A stretch of 57,278 nt of DNA from Candidatus Aenigmatarchaeota archaeon. Its GTDB lineage: Archaea > Aenigmatarchaeota > Aenigmatarchaeia > PWEA01. A program made the translations under genes and the position numbers. Shown here in pieces: positions 36,471 to 44,396 of the stretch; the stretch's first letter is position 1, and each line of letters begins with the position of its first letter. The stretch covers positions 77,242 to 134,519 of the forward strand of contig PWHK01000017.1 of assembly GCA_003554845.1 (NCBI GenBank), given 5' to 3'. A model generated the notes under the pieces. It made no database searches. It was not told the DNA's origin and saw only the letters and a program-made list of their open reading frames with translations.

Positions 36471-36806
36471 ATGAAAATAATAGAGACGGGAATAGACGAG
36501 ATAGTTGACTATCTTCATAAAAAAGGCAGTTCCAGCCTCAGAAAGCTTTCAAAGAAATTCGACTACCCCGAAGACGTTATAGAGGAGTGGTCCAGGGCCT
36601 TGGAGGAACACGGTGTGGTTGAGATAGATTATTGTATCAGAGGAACAAGGATAAAGATAGTTGAAAAGGAGAGTAAAGATAAGGCAAAGGAAAAGCTGAA
36701 AAGGGATAAAGAGGAAGACTATGTCTGTGGAGATTGCGGCAGAACCTTCGGGACAGAACACGGCCTTTGCACCCACAGAGGAATGAAACACGGAGAGAGT
36801 GACTAA
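36471..36806 (+). CDS. small winged-helix plus C2H2 zinc-finger protein
   Basis: 111 aa. N-terminal HTH-like IVDYLHKKGSSSLRKLSKKFDYPEDVIEEWSRALEEHGVVEI, a K/E linker, then YVCGDCGRTFGTEHGLCTHRGMKH (C-x2-C-x12-H-x4-H). It overlaps the ATPase gene by 8 nt. Confidence 0.6.
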   Translation: MKIIETGIDEIVDYLHKKGSSSLRKLSKKFDYPEDVIEEWSRALEEHGVVEIDYCIRGTRIKIVEKESKDKAKEKLKRDKEEDYVCGDCGRTFGTEHGLCTHRGMKHGESD

Positions 36807-38373
36807 TATGTCACAGAATATCAAGTCTGAATACGTGGTTGAGGCAGACAAGGTAAAGACAGATGTAAAGATTGTCCAGAGGTCCGAGGACCATGTTCCG
36901 AGATATCTTGCAGAATACCCTGAATTTGACGAGGCGACCAGGACAATACTCGATGATGTAAAGGAAGAAATAACAAGGCAGGTCGACATAGACGATAGAG
37001 AAATACTGGATCCAAAGTCGGTCAAAAAGATAAAGAAGGAGTTTCTCGATACGTCTCGCAGAGTTTCCGAGAATTTCTTTCCTAAACTGAACGAAGAAAA
37101 CCTGGACTTTCTTGCAGGGAGGCTTACCCACGAGATGTACGGCCTCGGAAAAGTTGAGATTCTTCTGATGGACGATGAACTTGAGGAGATAGTAATTAAC
37201 TCGGCCGATGAACCTGTGTGGGTCTACCATAAGGAGTTTGGGTGGCTCAAAACAAACATAGGTCTTGGAACAGAGAAGAAGATATACAACTACTCTTCGG
37301 TTATAGGAAGAAGGGTGGGAAAACAGATAACAAATCTCCAGCCTCTTCTCGATGCTCATCTTCCCAGTGGCGACAGGGTCAATGCAACGCTTTTCCCTGT
37401 TTCCACAGATGGCAATACCATAACCATACGAAAGTTTGCAAGGGACCCCTGGACCATAACACATTTCATAGATCCTGAAAATGGGACGCTATCAAAGGAG
37501 CTGGCTGCCCTTATATGGCTCTCCATACAGTACGAGATGAACATGCTTGTGGCAGGAGGCACAGCATCGGGCAAGACGGCACTTCTGAACACACTTACAC
37601 CCTTTATACCACCTAACCAGAGAATTATAACAATAGAGGACACAAGGGAACTGAACCTTCCACAGTACCTCCATTGGGTTCCCATGACCACGAGGGAAGC
37701 GAATCCTGAGGGGAAGGGGGAGGTCAGCATGTTGGATCTTATGGTTAACTCGTTGAGAATGAGGCCTGATAGAATAATGGTGGGCGAGATAAGGGAGAAG
37801 AAGCAGGCCGAAGTGCTCTTCGAATCTATGCTTACAGGCCATTCTGTATATGCTACACTCCACGCAAATACAGCACAGGAGGTTAAAAGGAGGATGTCTA
37901 ATCCGCCTATAAACATACCGAAGACGATGCTGGAGTCTCTTCATCTGACATGTGTTCAGTATAGGGACAGGAGAACAGGTATACGGAGGACAAAGGAGCT
38001 TGCAGAGATAGTTCCCAAGACCAAGAGAAAGGGCCAGGGAGTTGATCTCAGCGTCAGAACTATATACAGATGGAAGCCCGAGACAGATACCTTTGAAAAG
38101 ATAAGGGATTCTGAGAGGTTGATAGGTGAGATAAAGGAACACACCTCTATGTCGGAGGATGATATAAAGGAAAATCTCAGAGAAAAGGAGGAGGTACTGC
38201 AATGGTTCCTTGACAACGATCTCAAAACAACAAATTCAGTCGGTAAGGTGGTGGCAGAGTACTACAAAAACAAAGACAAGGTGCTTGATCTTGTCAGAGA
38301 TAATTCGAGTCCCGACAAACTTCTGACAGAGGATGTAATAAAGGAGTTGAAGAAAAGGGGGTTACGTGACTGA
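36799..38373 (+). CDS. FlaI/PilB/VirB11-family type IV pilus assembly ATPase, locus 2
   Basis: 524 aa. Walker A VAGGTASGKTALLNT, IITIEDTRELN, Walker B DRIMVGEIRE, His box TGHSVYATLHA. Confidence 0.9.
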   Translation: MTNMSQNIKSEYVVEADKVKTDVKIVQRSEDHVPRYLAEYPEFDEATRTILDDVKEEITRQVDIDDREILDPKSVKKIKKEFLDTSRRVSENFFPKLNEENLDFLAGRLTHEMYGLGKVEILLMDDELEEIVINSADEPVWVYHKEFGWLKTNIGLGTEKKIYNYSSVIGRRVGKQITNLQPLLDAHLPSGDRVNATLFPVSTDGNTITIRKFARDPWTITHFIDPENGTLSKELAALIWLSIQYEMNMLVAGGTASGKTALLNTLTPFIPPNQRIITIEDTRELNLPQYLHWVPMTTREANPEGKGEVSMLDLMVNSLRMRPDRIMVGEIREKKQAEVLFESMLTGHSVYATLHANTAQEVKRRMSNPPINIPKTMLESLHLTCVQYRDRRTGIRRTKELAEIVPKTKRKGQGVDLSVRTIYRWKPETDTFEKIRDSERLIGEIKEHTSMSEDDIKENLREKEEVLQWFLDNDLKTTNSVGKVVAEYYKNKDKVLDLVRDNSSPDKLLTEDVIKELKKRGLRD

Positions 38374-39253
38374 AGAAATTAAATCCATCCCTATAATTCC
38401 ATTTCCCCTGGAGAAAGCCCTCGGGGCTTCGAGGAAGTTGAGATTTATAGGTGAAAAACTAGAACCCTCGGTACCGCATCTCAAAAAAAGCCTTTACCAG
38501 GCAGAGATGAATATAGATCCTGTTCTTTATGTGAGCCTTGCTGTATTCACAGGACTTTTCTACTCCCTTATGATAGGAGGTCTGGTTGCATTTATCTCTA
38601 TTATGGCCACGGGCACCATAGGTATACTTCCACCCCTCCTTTTTTTCGTATTCTTTTTTGTGCCATTCTGGTATGTTAACTTCTATCCAGCCCTGATTGC
38701 AAAGAGAAGAGTCAAGGATCTTGAGAAAAACCTGTTGTTTGCCTTAAGACATCTTCTTATAGAGATAAGATCAGGTGTACCTCTTTTCGATGCCATGGTC
38801 GGTGTTTCCGAGGGTTACGGAAGTGTCAGCGAAGAGTTCAAAAAAATAGTCGAGGAAGTAAATTCAGGTAGAGACCAGGAAGATGTTCTAAACCAATCGG
38901 CAAAGAGAAGTCCATCACTTTACTTCAGAAGGGCCCTTTGGCAGGTTGTCAACGCCCTTCAGGGCGGAAGTGACGTATCAAAAGCACTGGAGGCTATTAC
39001 AGACAACTTTGCCGACAGGCAGATAAACAAGATAAACAAATACGGCGAGGAGTTGAATCCGTGGACAATGTTTTACATGATAGTTGCAGTTATACTTCCA
39101 TCGATAGGCATAACATTTTTAATAATACTTACAAGCCTTACAGGAATGAGTGTTCCTGGTATACTGTTTCCTCTTGTTATATTTGGGCTTGCAATGTTTC
39201 AGTTTTTCTTTATGTGCTTTGTCAAGAGCAAGAGACCCTCTGTGAGCTTTTAG
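38366..39253 (+). CDS. type IV pilus platform protein, T2SSF domain, locus 2 subunit A
   Basis: 295 aa. LLFALRHLLIEIRSGVPLFDAMVGVSE plus flanking TM helices. Confidence 0.75.
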   Translation: MTEEIKSIPIIPFPLEKALGASRKLRFIGEKLEPSVPHLKKSLYQAEMNIDPVLYVSLAVFTGLFYSLMIGGLVAFISIMATGTIGILPPLLFFVFFFVPFWYVNFYPALIAKRRVKDLEKNLLFALRHLLIEIRSGVPLFDAMVGVSEGYGSVSEEFKKIVEEVNSGRDQEDVLNQSAKRSPSLYFRRALWQVVNALQGGSDVSKALEAITDNFADRQINKINKYGEELNPWTMFYMIVAVILPSIGITFLIILTSLTGMSVPGILFPLVIFGLAMFQFFFMCFVKSKRPSVSF

Positions 39254-40246
39254 GTGATCCAAATGAAATATGAAATGATAGGTAGAAAGTTGCCCTGGAG
39301 GCAGAAATTCGAAGATCTTTCAAAGTACTCCGGGTATCACAGAACATCCATGGAGAGGTTTCTTGGATTTCTTCTTCTCTTTGGCATATTTTTGGGAATT
39401 TCTGTTACACTTGGTGTTTTTGTTTTTACAGGCAGTACGCTGCACTCTTCGGTGACCGGTGCTTCTTTGTTTTTTGTTCTCCATATAGCACCTCTTGGAT
39501 ACCTGTCCATGGTTGCAAACAGGCGTTCCAAGGAGGTCGATAGAATACTTCCTGACGCCCTTCAACTTATGGCGGCAAACATAAGGGCAGGGATGACCAC
39601 CGAAAGGGCTATATGGCTCTCTGCAAGACCCGAATTTGGACCTCTGGAGAATGAGATACATAGACTTTCGTCAAAGGTAATGGGTGGAAAACCCCTTTCA
39701 AAGGCTCTCGGTGAGATGACCCAGAGGATAGATTCTGATCTCCTCGACAGAGCAGTTAAACTTATGACAGAGGGTATCCGGTCAGGTGGTGAGATGGCGA
39801 CTCTTTTGGATGAAACCGCCGGGGATATAAGAACTGCCCAGAACATGAGGAAGAAGGTCAGGGCCAACGTAACGATGTACTCTATGTTTATAGTTTTTGC
39901 TTCTGTGCTCGGTGCCCCTCTACTCTTTGCCCTTTCGGTTTACTTTATAGAGGTTACTTCTAGTCTGTGGGTAGAGGACATGGCGGCCACAGGAATGGGA
40001 GATATGGGAGGAACAATGATGTCCATGGAGGGTCCCGACATAGACCCCTCTACACTTAAGTTATTTTCCGTAGGTGCCATTTCAGTCACCACGTTTTTTG
40101 GAGGAATGATAATAGGTATGATACAGGAAGGCGATTCGACCAGTGGTCTTAAATACTCTCCTTTTATGCTGGCGGCAGGCCTTACTGTTTTCTTCGTGGC
40201 AAATATACTTGTTACAAAGGTCTTTGGTGGTTTCGTAGGTCTTTGA
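39254..40246 (+). CDS. type IV pilus platform protein, T2SSF domain, locus 2 subunit B
   Basis: 330 aa. LPDALQLMAANIRAGMTTERAIWLSA plus TM helices. It starts immediately after the stop of subunit A. Confidence 0.75.
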   Translation: MIQMKYEMIGRKLPWRQKFEDLSKYSGYHRTSMERFLGFLLLFGIFLGISVTLGVFVFTGSTLHSSVTGASLFFVLHIAPLGYLSMVANRRSKEVDRILPDALQLMAANIRAGMTTERAIWLSARPEFGPLENEIHRLSSKVMGGKPLSKALGEMTQRIDSDLLDRAVKLMTEGIRSGGEMATLLDETAGDIRTAQNMRKKVRANVTMYSMFIVFASVLGAPLLFALSVYFIEVTSSLWVEDMAATGMGDMGGTMMSMEGPDIDPSTLKLFSVGAISVTTFFGGMIIGMIQEGDSTSGLKYSPFMLAAGLTVFFVANILVTKVFGGFVGL

Positions 40247-40359
40247 CTAAACCAAGAACTGATAAAATAAATAATAAAAGGAGGGTTTCTCCTCTCTAAA
40301 ATAGTGGGGGTTTTGCAGGCTTTGTTGCTTCTAGCCTGTCTTGGAGCTGTTGATGTTCT

Positions 40360-40791
40360 CTAAGCTTCTCCTATGAGATTGCATGCAGATTTCTGGTTCT
40401 CAAGTGCTCCGTCGTACGTGAATTCAATGTCAACATCTACTGCGTCTCCTGATTCTACCTCAGGCATACCACTGATGGTTATCTCATCGGAGTTCTCACC
40501 TATTGCAAGAGTTTCTGATCCTGTCCAGGATCCTTCTTCAGAGACTGCTTCTGTTACTGTGATTTCTTGTCCTGCGTTGTTTCTGGCTATCAGCCTTAGC
40601 TGTGTGCCGTCATACTCCCAAGCATTTCCTTCTACTGCAACTCGTGCGTTCGGACATCCCTGATCAGGTAGATCAGGTTCGAAAACTCCGTAGTAGTAGA
40701 GAACACCGCCTACGATGACTACAGCCAGAATAGCCCAGCCATATGTCATTAGATACTCCATTGCGGCTTGTCCTTTCCTTTTTCCGAACAT
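40360..40791 (-). CDS. archaeal type IV pilin (Epd-type; candidate major pilin of locus 2)
   Basis: 143 aa. KRKGQ|AAMEYLMTYGWAILAVVIVGGVLYYYG. It is monocistronic, with a TATA-like TTTTTAAATAT about 30 nt upstream of the ATG. Confidence 0.75.
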   Translation of the reverse strand: MFGKRKGQAAMEYLMTYGWAILAVVIVGGVLYYYGVFEPDLPDQGCPNARVAVEGNAWEYDGTQLRLIARNNAGQEITVTEAVSEEGSWTGSETLAIGENSDEITISGMPEVESGDAVDVDIEFTYDGALENQKSACNLIGEA

Positions 40792-40848
40792 AGTATCAAT
40801 TCAATGTTTTGTGAGCCATATTTAAAAAGGATTATGCAAGAGGCTGTC

Positions 40849-42282
40849 TTATCCCTTTATTACTCCCATGGGATCAAGCTTGAGTACCTTTTCAGCAACG
40901 CCTATTTTCTGCGAGGCGTTCACGACATCCTTGAGATTCTTGTACGCTCCCGGTGCTTCCTCGGCCACTACGGGCATTGAGGCTGCCTTAACAAGTATAT
41001 CTTTCTTTTCCTCTAGATCCTTTACGACTGTTTCACCCCAGAACTTTCCCTTGGCCTTTGTCCTGGACATAGTTCTTCCGGATCCGTGTGGTGCGGTTCC
41101 AAAGGAGAGATCCATGGACTCCTTCTTTCCTCTTAGTAGATAACTTCCTTCGCCCATATTACCCGGGATCAACACAGGCTGTCCGGTTTCTCTGTATTTT
41201 CTGGGAACCTTTTTGTGGCCCGGTGGTAGAGCACGGGTAGCTCCTTTTCTGTGTACATACACATCCTTTTTTTCTCCGTTGATCCTGTGTTTCTCTTTCT
41301 TTGCAACGTTGTGACAAACCCCGTACACAAGTTCCAGATCATCGTAGTTCAGTTCCATAACTTCCTCGAAGGCCTTCCTGGCCTGGTGCATTATTATCTG
41401 TCTGTTCACAAAGGCAAAGTTTACAGCACAGGACATTGCTTTGAAGTAACGGTCCGCCATCTGGCTTCCACCCGGTGCATAAACAAGTTCCTTATCCGGA
41501 AGTTTCCTTACAACGTTTTTGTATTTTTTCTCGGTCTCGCGGAGATAGTCTGTGCACACCTGATGTCCAAAGCCACGGGATCCTGTATGTATCATAATAC
41601 ATACCTGGTCATCTTCCAACCCAAACTCTTCGGCAACCTTTCCGTTGTCTATATTACCTACCCTTTCTATCTCAAAGAAGTGGTTACCGGCACCGAGGCA
41701 CCCAACCTGTTCCTTTCCGCGGTTCATTGCCTTGTCTGAAATCACAGAGGAGTCTGCCTCGGACATTCGTCCATTTTCCTCGACGGTTTTCAGATCTTCT
41801 TCTAATCCATATCCCTCATCAACGGCCCATTCTGCGCCTCTTTCCAGTACTTCCCTTAGTTGTTCCTTCGTGAGAGAAAACCTGGAACCCTTTCCAACCC
41901 CAGAGGGTATCTTTTCGAAGAGGACCTTTAACAGTTTTTTAAGATTTCCTTGGACCTCCGAAGCTTTCAGAGGTGTTTTAACGAGTCTGACTCCACAGTT
42001 AATATCGTAGCCCACACCCCCAGGACTTATACCTCCATCTTCAACATCCAAGGCCGCCACGCCTCCTATTGGAAATCCATATCCCTGGTGTGCATCGGGC
42101 ATGGCTATAGAGTATTTGTATATACCTGGAAGATGTGCAACGTTCTTTATCTGTTCCAGTGTCTTGTCCTGTTTTATATGTTCCAGAAGCTCCTTTGAGG
42201 CATAGACCCTTCCTGGAACGTTCATCCCGCCTTCTCTTGGGATTTCCCATGTGTTTTCATTTAATTTGTTTAGTTCTACCAT
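40849..42282 (-). CDS. rtcB: RtcB 3'-phosphate RNA ligase (tRNA-splicing ligase)
   Basis: 477 aa. MPDAHQGYGFPIGG, DINCGVR, HTGSRGFGHQV, GNMGEGSYLL, APHGSGR motifs. Confidence 0.95.
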   Translation of the reverse strand: MVELNKLNENTWEIPREGGMNVPGRVYASKELLEHIKQDKTLEQIKNVAHLPGIYKYSIAMPDAHQGYGFPIGGVAALDVEDGGISPGGVGYDINCGVRLVKTPLKASEVQGNLKKLLKVLFEKIPSGVGKGSRFSLTKEQLREVLERGAEWAVDEGYGLEEDLKTVEENGRMSEADSSVISDKAMNRGKEQVGCLGAGNHFFEIERVGNIDNGKVAEEFGLEDDQVCIMIHTGSRGFGHQVCTDYLRETEKKYKNVVRKLPDKELVYAPGGSQMADRYFKAMSCAVNFAFVNRQIIMHQARKAFEEVMELNYDDLELVYGVCHNVAKKEKHRINGEKKDVYVHRKGATRALPPGHKKVPRKYRETGQPVLIPGNMGEGSYLLRGKKESMDLSFGTAPHGSGRTMSRTKAKGKFWGETVVKDLEEKKDILVKAASMPVVAEEAPGAYKNLKDVVNASQKIGVAEKVLKLDPMGVIKG

Positions 42283-42334
42283 AGAGCATCGTCCCCTAAA
42301 CTATTGTATCCGGCCATTGATTTAAGAACAGGTC

Positions 42335-42925
42335 CTAGACTGTTTTGAGTTTGAAAAACACACCACATCCCTTGAGCGCCTTGTAAACCCTGTCTGCTAT
42401 CTCTAGGGCTCCTTCTATATTACTTTCATCGGGCCATCTGTAGACGTAGTTGTACTCTCCCTTTATGGGCTCAAAACCTATGTCCATGAGATCCGCTATC
42501 TTTTCGTCTATTACCGAGGGCGATTCGCCGCATTCGCTTCTGAAAACAAGCTTGAGATACGTCTTCATCTCGTCTTCGTCTGGTTCCTGGTGCTTTCCCC
42601 CTTCACTGTTCTCTATCTGGAAGAGTATCTTCTTCCCCTTTAAGAGCTCTTGTATTTTGTCTCCGATGCTTTCTATCTGATCTGCCGGTGTTTCGTCGTC
42701 CCAGTCGTATCTGTAGTCGTAGTCCCCCCTCGTTAGTTTGAATCCAAGATCCTTGAATGTCTTTGTGACCTTTGACGGTCTGTCTCCATCGGAGTTGAAA
42801 AACACTGTGAGATACGTCTTCATTTTTTCACGGTTAGAACTTGAATCGGTATACTTAAATTCTTTTATGGACCAGACAAGAGAAGTTTTATACATCGGGT
42901 GTGATCTTTGTTTCCCATACCCCAC
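42335..42925 (-). CDS. uncharacterised protein made of two tandem ~75-aa paralogous domains
   Basis: 196-aa ORF. Repeat 1: MKTYLTVFFNSDGDRPSKVTKTFKDLGFKLTRGDYDYRYDWDD. Repeat 2: MKTYLKLVFRSECGESPSVIDEKIADLMDIGFEPIKGEYNYVYRWPDE. The track start overlaps archease by 38 nt. Met35 (42823) begins exactly at repeat 1 and is the more likely start. Confidence 0.6.
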   Translation of the reverse strand: MGYGKQRSHPMYKTSLVWSIKEFKYTDSSSNREKMKTYLTVFFNSDGDRPSKVTKTFKDLGFKLTRGDYDYRYDWDDETPADQIESIGDKIQELLKGKKILFQIENSEGGKHQEPDEDEMKTYLKLVFRSECGESPSVIDEKIADLMDIGFEPIKGEYNYVYRWPDESNIEGALEIADRVYKALKGCGVFFKLKTV

Positions 42926-43319
42926 ACCTTTCCCTTACTTCCATTCCAAAGTACGTTACAGCCTTTACACCTACCTTCATCACATGCCTTTCTTCGTCAA
43001 AGGTTTCGCCTCTGCACTTTGCTGTCATCACCAAACCGTCTTCTACTTCCTTTATTTTACACGAGAAGTCCGAGAAAAGAACCTTATCAACATCCCACCT
43101 GTATATTAGTTCGTTGAGAAAGTCCAGCATCAGTGCTTCCCTGTCTTCTGCTTCTACTTTTATGAAGTCTATCTGCACACTTTCTACGCTGTCTATATCG
43201 GTCATCAGTGAGAAAAGGCCCAGTGCAGCGTTTTCGTACATCTCCTCCAGTGATTTTCCGTAGGCTACGTATGCTATATCTGCCGTGGCATCGTCTTCTA
43301 GTACTCTGAATCTTTCCAT
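42888..43319 (-). CDS. archease (RtcB activator)
   Basis: 143 aa. EDDATADIAYVAYGKSLEEMYENAALGLFSLM matches the archease N-terminal signature (HTADI..A.G.tLEElF..AA.al). Confidence 0.85.
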   Translation of the reverse strand: MERFRVLEDDATADIAYVAYGKSLEEMYENAALGLFSLMTDIDSVESVQIDFIKVEAEDREALMLDFLNELIYRWDVDKVLFSDFSCKIKEVEDGLVMTAKCRGETFDEERHVMKVGVKAVTYFGMEVRERCGVWETKITPDV

Positions 43320-43409
43320 AGTTCTGTTTTACTGTTGAGAAATAAAAACATAACCGAAAGATAAATAAAAGGCATTACCAAAGAATTGTATGTTCCTGGG
43401 TATTCCAAT

Positions 43410-43584
43410 CCCCCGATAGCTCAGGCTGGCAGAGCGATCGGCTGTAGACGAGCGCCATGGATGATTACAAAGCGGACAGGTGGACTATGTCTGCCTGCTG
43501 TTTCGGTATAATGACTCGGCGCTTTGGATTAGCGCCTCTGCCGATACCGATAGGTCCCGTGTTCAAATCACGGTCGGGGGACCA
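43410..43584 (+). tRNA. tRNA-Tyr (anticodon GTA) with ~98-nt intron at the canonical 37/38 position; CCA encoded
   Basis: Acceptor CCCCCGA/TCGGGGG (C1-G72, the archaeal/eukaryal Tyr identity pair). D arm GCTC-AGGCTGGCA-GAGC. Anticodon stem ATCGG/CCGAT (43437-41 / 43547-51) with loop CTGTAG...A. T arm CCGTG-TTCAAAT-CACGG. Discriminator A, then CCA. Intron about 43448-43545. Confidence 0.85.
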
Positions 43585-43610
43585 TTTTTCTCCTATTAGC
43601 ATGAGGTATC

Positions 43611-44396
43611 TTATCTTGCCATAAGAGAAGAAAGAAGTGAGTCCACGTACCTCCTTATGTGGTGCTTGGCCTTGGGTTTAAACTCTTCGTCCACGATATC
43701 ATGTGCTATTTTTCTGTAGGCAAAGGAGGCCTTTGAGTAGGGTTTGTGATGTACAAGAGGTTTCTTGTTTACTATGCTTCTGTCTATGTTTATGTCATAA
43801 GGAACTTCGCCGAGGACATCGCATCCTGTTATACTGCTTATCTCCTTCGGACTTATCTCCTTTGATGTGAGGTTGTTCACTACTATGCCTTCGACGGTCT
43901 TGTCTAGGTCCTTCACCATTTCTGTGAGTCTTACTGCGCCTGATACAGCAGACCTCATAGGATTGGTTACAGCTATAACAGAATCCGACTGGTCTATGCA
44001 CGATACCACATTTTCACTGAGCCCAGGACCACAGTCCACGATTATATACCCACCTAGTTTTTTGAAAGCTTTATCTATGGATCTGAGGCTTGTGTTTATG
44101 TAGTTTATAGAAAGCGATGCAGGTATTAGCCTCATTCCTGTTTCATGTATATGCACTGCTTCTACAAGGCTTCTGTCCTTTTCCAGGGACTCGTTTATTG
44201 TTGACTGTGGGGAGTAGAGGCCTAGGTTTATCCCAAGGTTTGGGTCTTCCAGATCGGCATCTACAATAGTTACATCCTTTCCAAGTTTATGAAGTTCCAT
44301 TGCAAGGTTGAGGGTAGTTATGGTTTTTCCAGTCCCACCTTTACCCGAAGCTACAGATATTATCCTACCTTCACTGGAATCTCCCTTGGAGCTCAT
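43611..44396 (-). CDS. ParA/MinD-family P-loop ATPase
   Basis: 261 aa. Deviant Walker A SGKGGTGKTITTLNLA and Walker B IIVDCGPG. Confidence 0.85.
   Translation of the reverse strand: MSSKGDSSEGRIISVASGKGGTGKTITTLNLAMELHKLGKDVTIVDADLEDPNLGINLGLYSPQSTINESLEKDRSLVEAVHIHETGMRLIPASLSINYINTSLRSIDKAFKKLGGYIIVDCGPGLSENVVSCIDQSDSVIAVTNPMRSAVSGAVRLTEMVKDLDKTVEGIVVNNLTSKEISPKEISSITGCDVLGEVPYDINIDRSIVNKKPLVHHKPYSKASFAYRKIAHDIVDEEFKPKAKHHIRRYVDSLLSSLMAR

Noticed and set aside
36549-38225. Large antisense ORFs (36549-37025, 36811-37464, 37356-37916, 37492-38202, 37956-38225) opposite the locus 2 ATPase
   Set aside because: The + strand frame has complete FlaI/PilB motifs. The antisense ORFs overlap one another in different frames and have low-complexity translations.
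43448-43545. Possible C/D box sRNA inside the long tRNA-Tyr intron (TGGATGA at 43458-43464, ATGACT at 43511-43516)
   Set aside because: The box C candidate has a mismatch, and I find no CTGA box D or D' anywhere in the intron, so the C/D hypothesis is unsupported by sequence. Intron function remains open.
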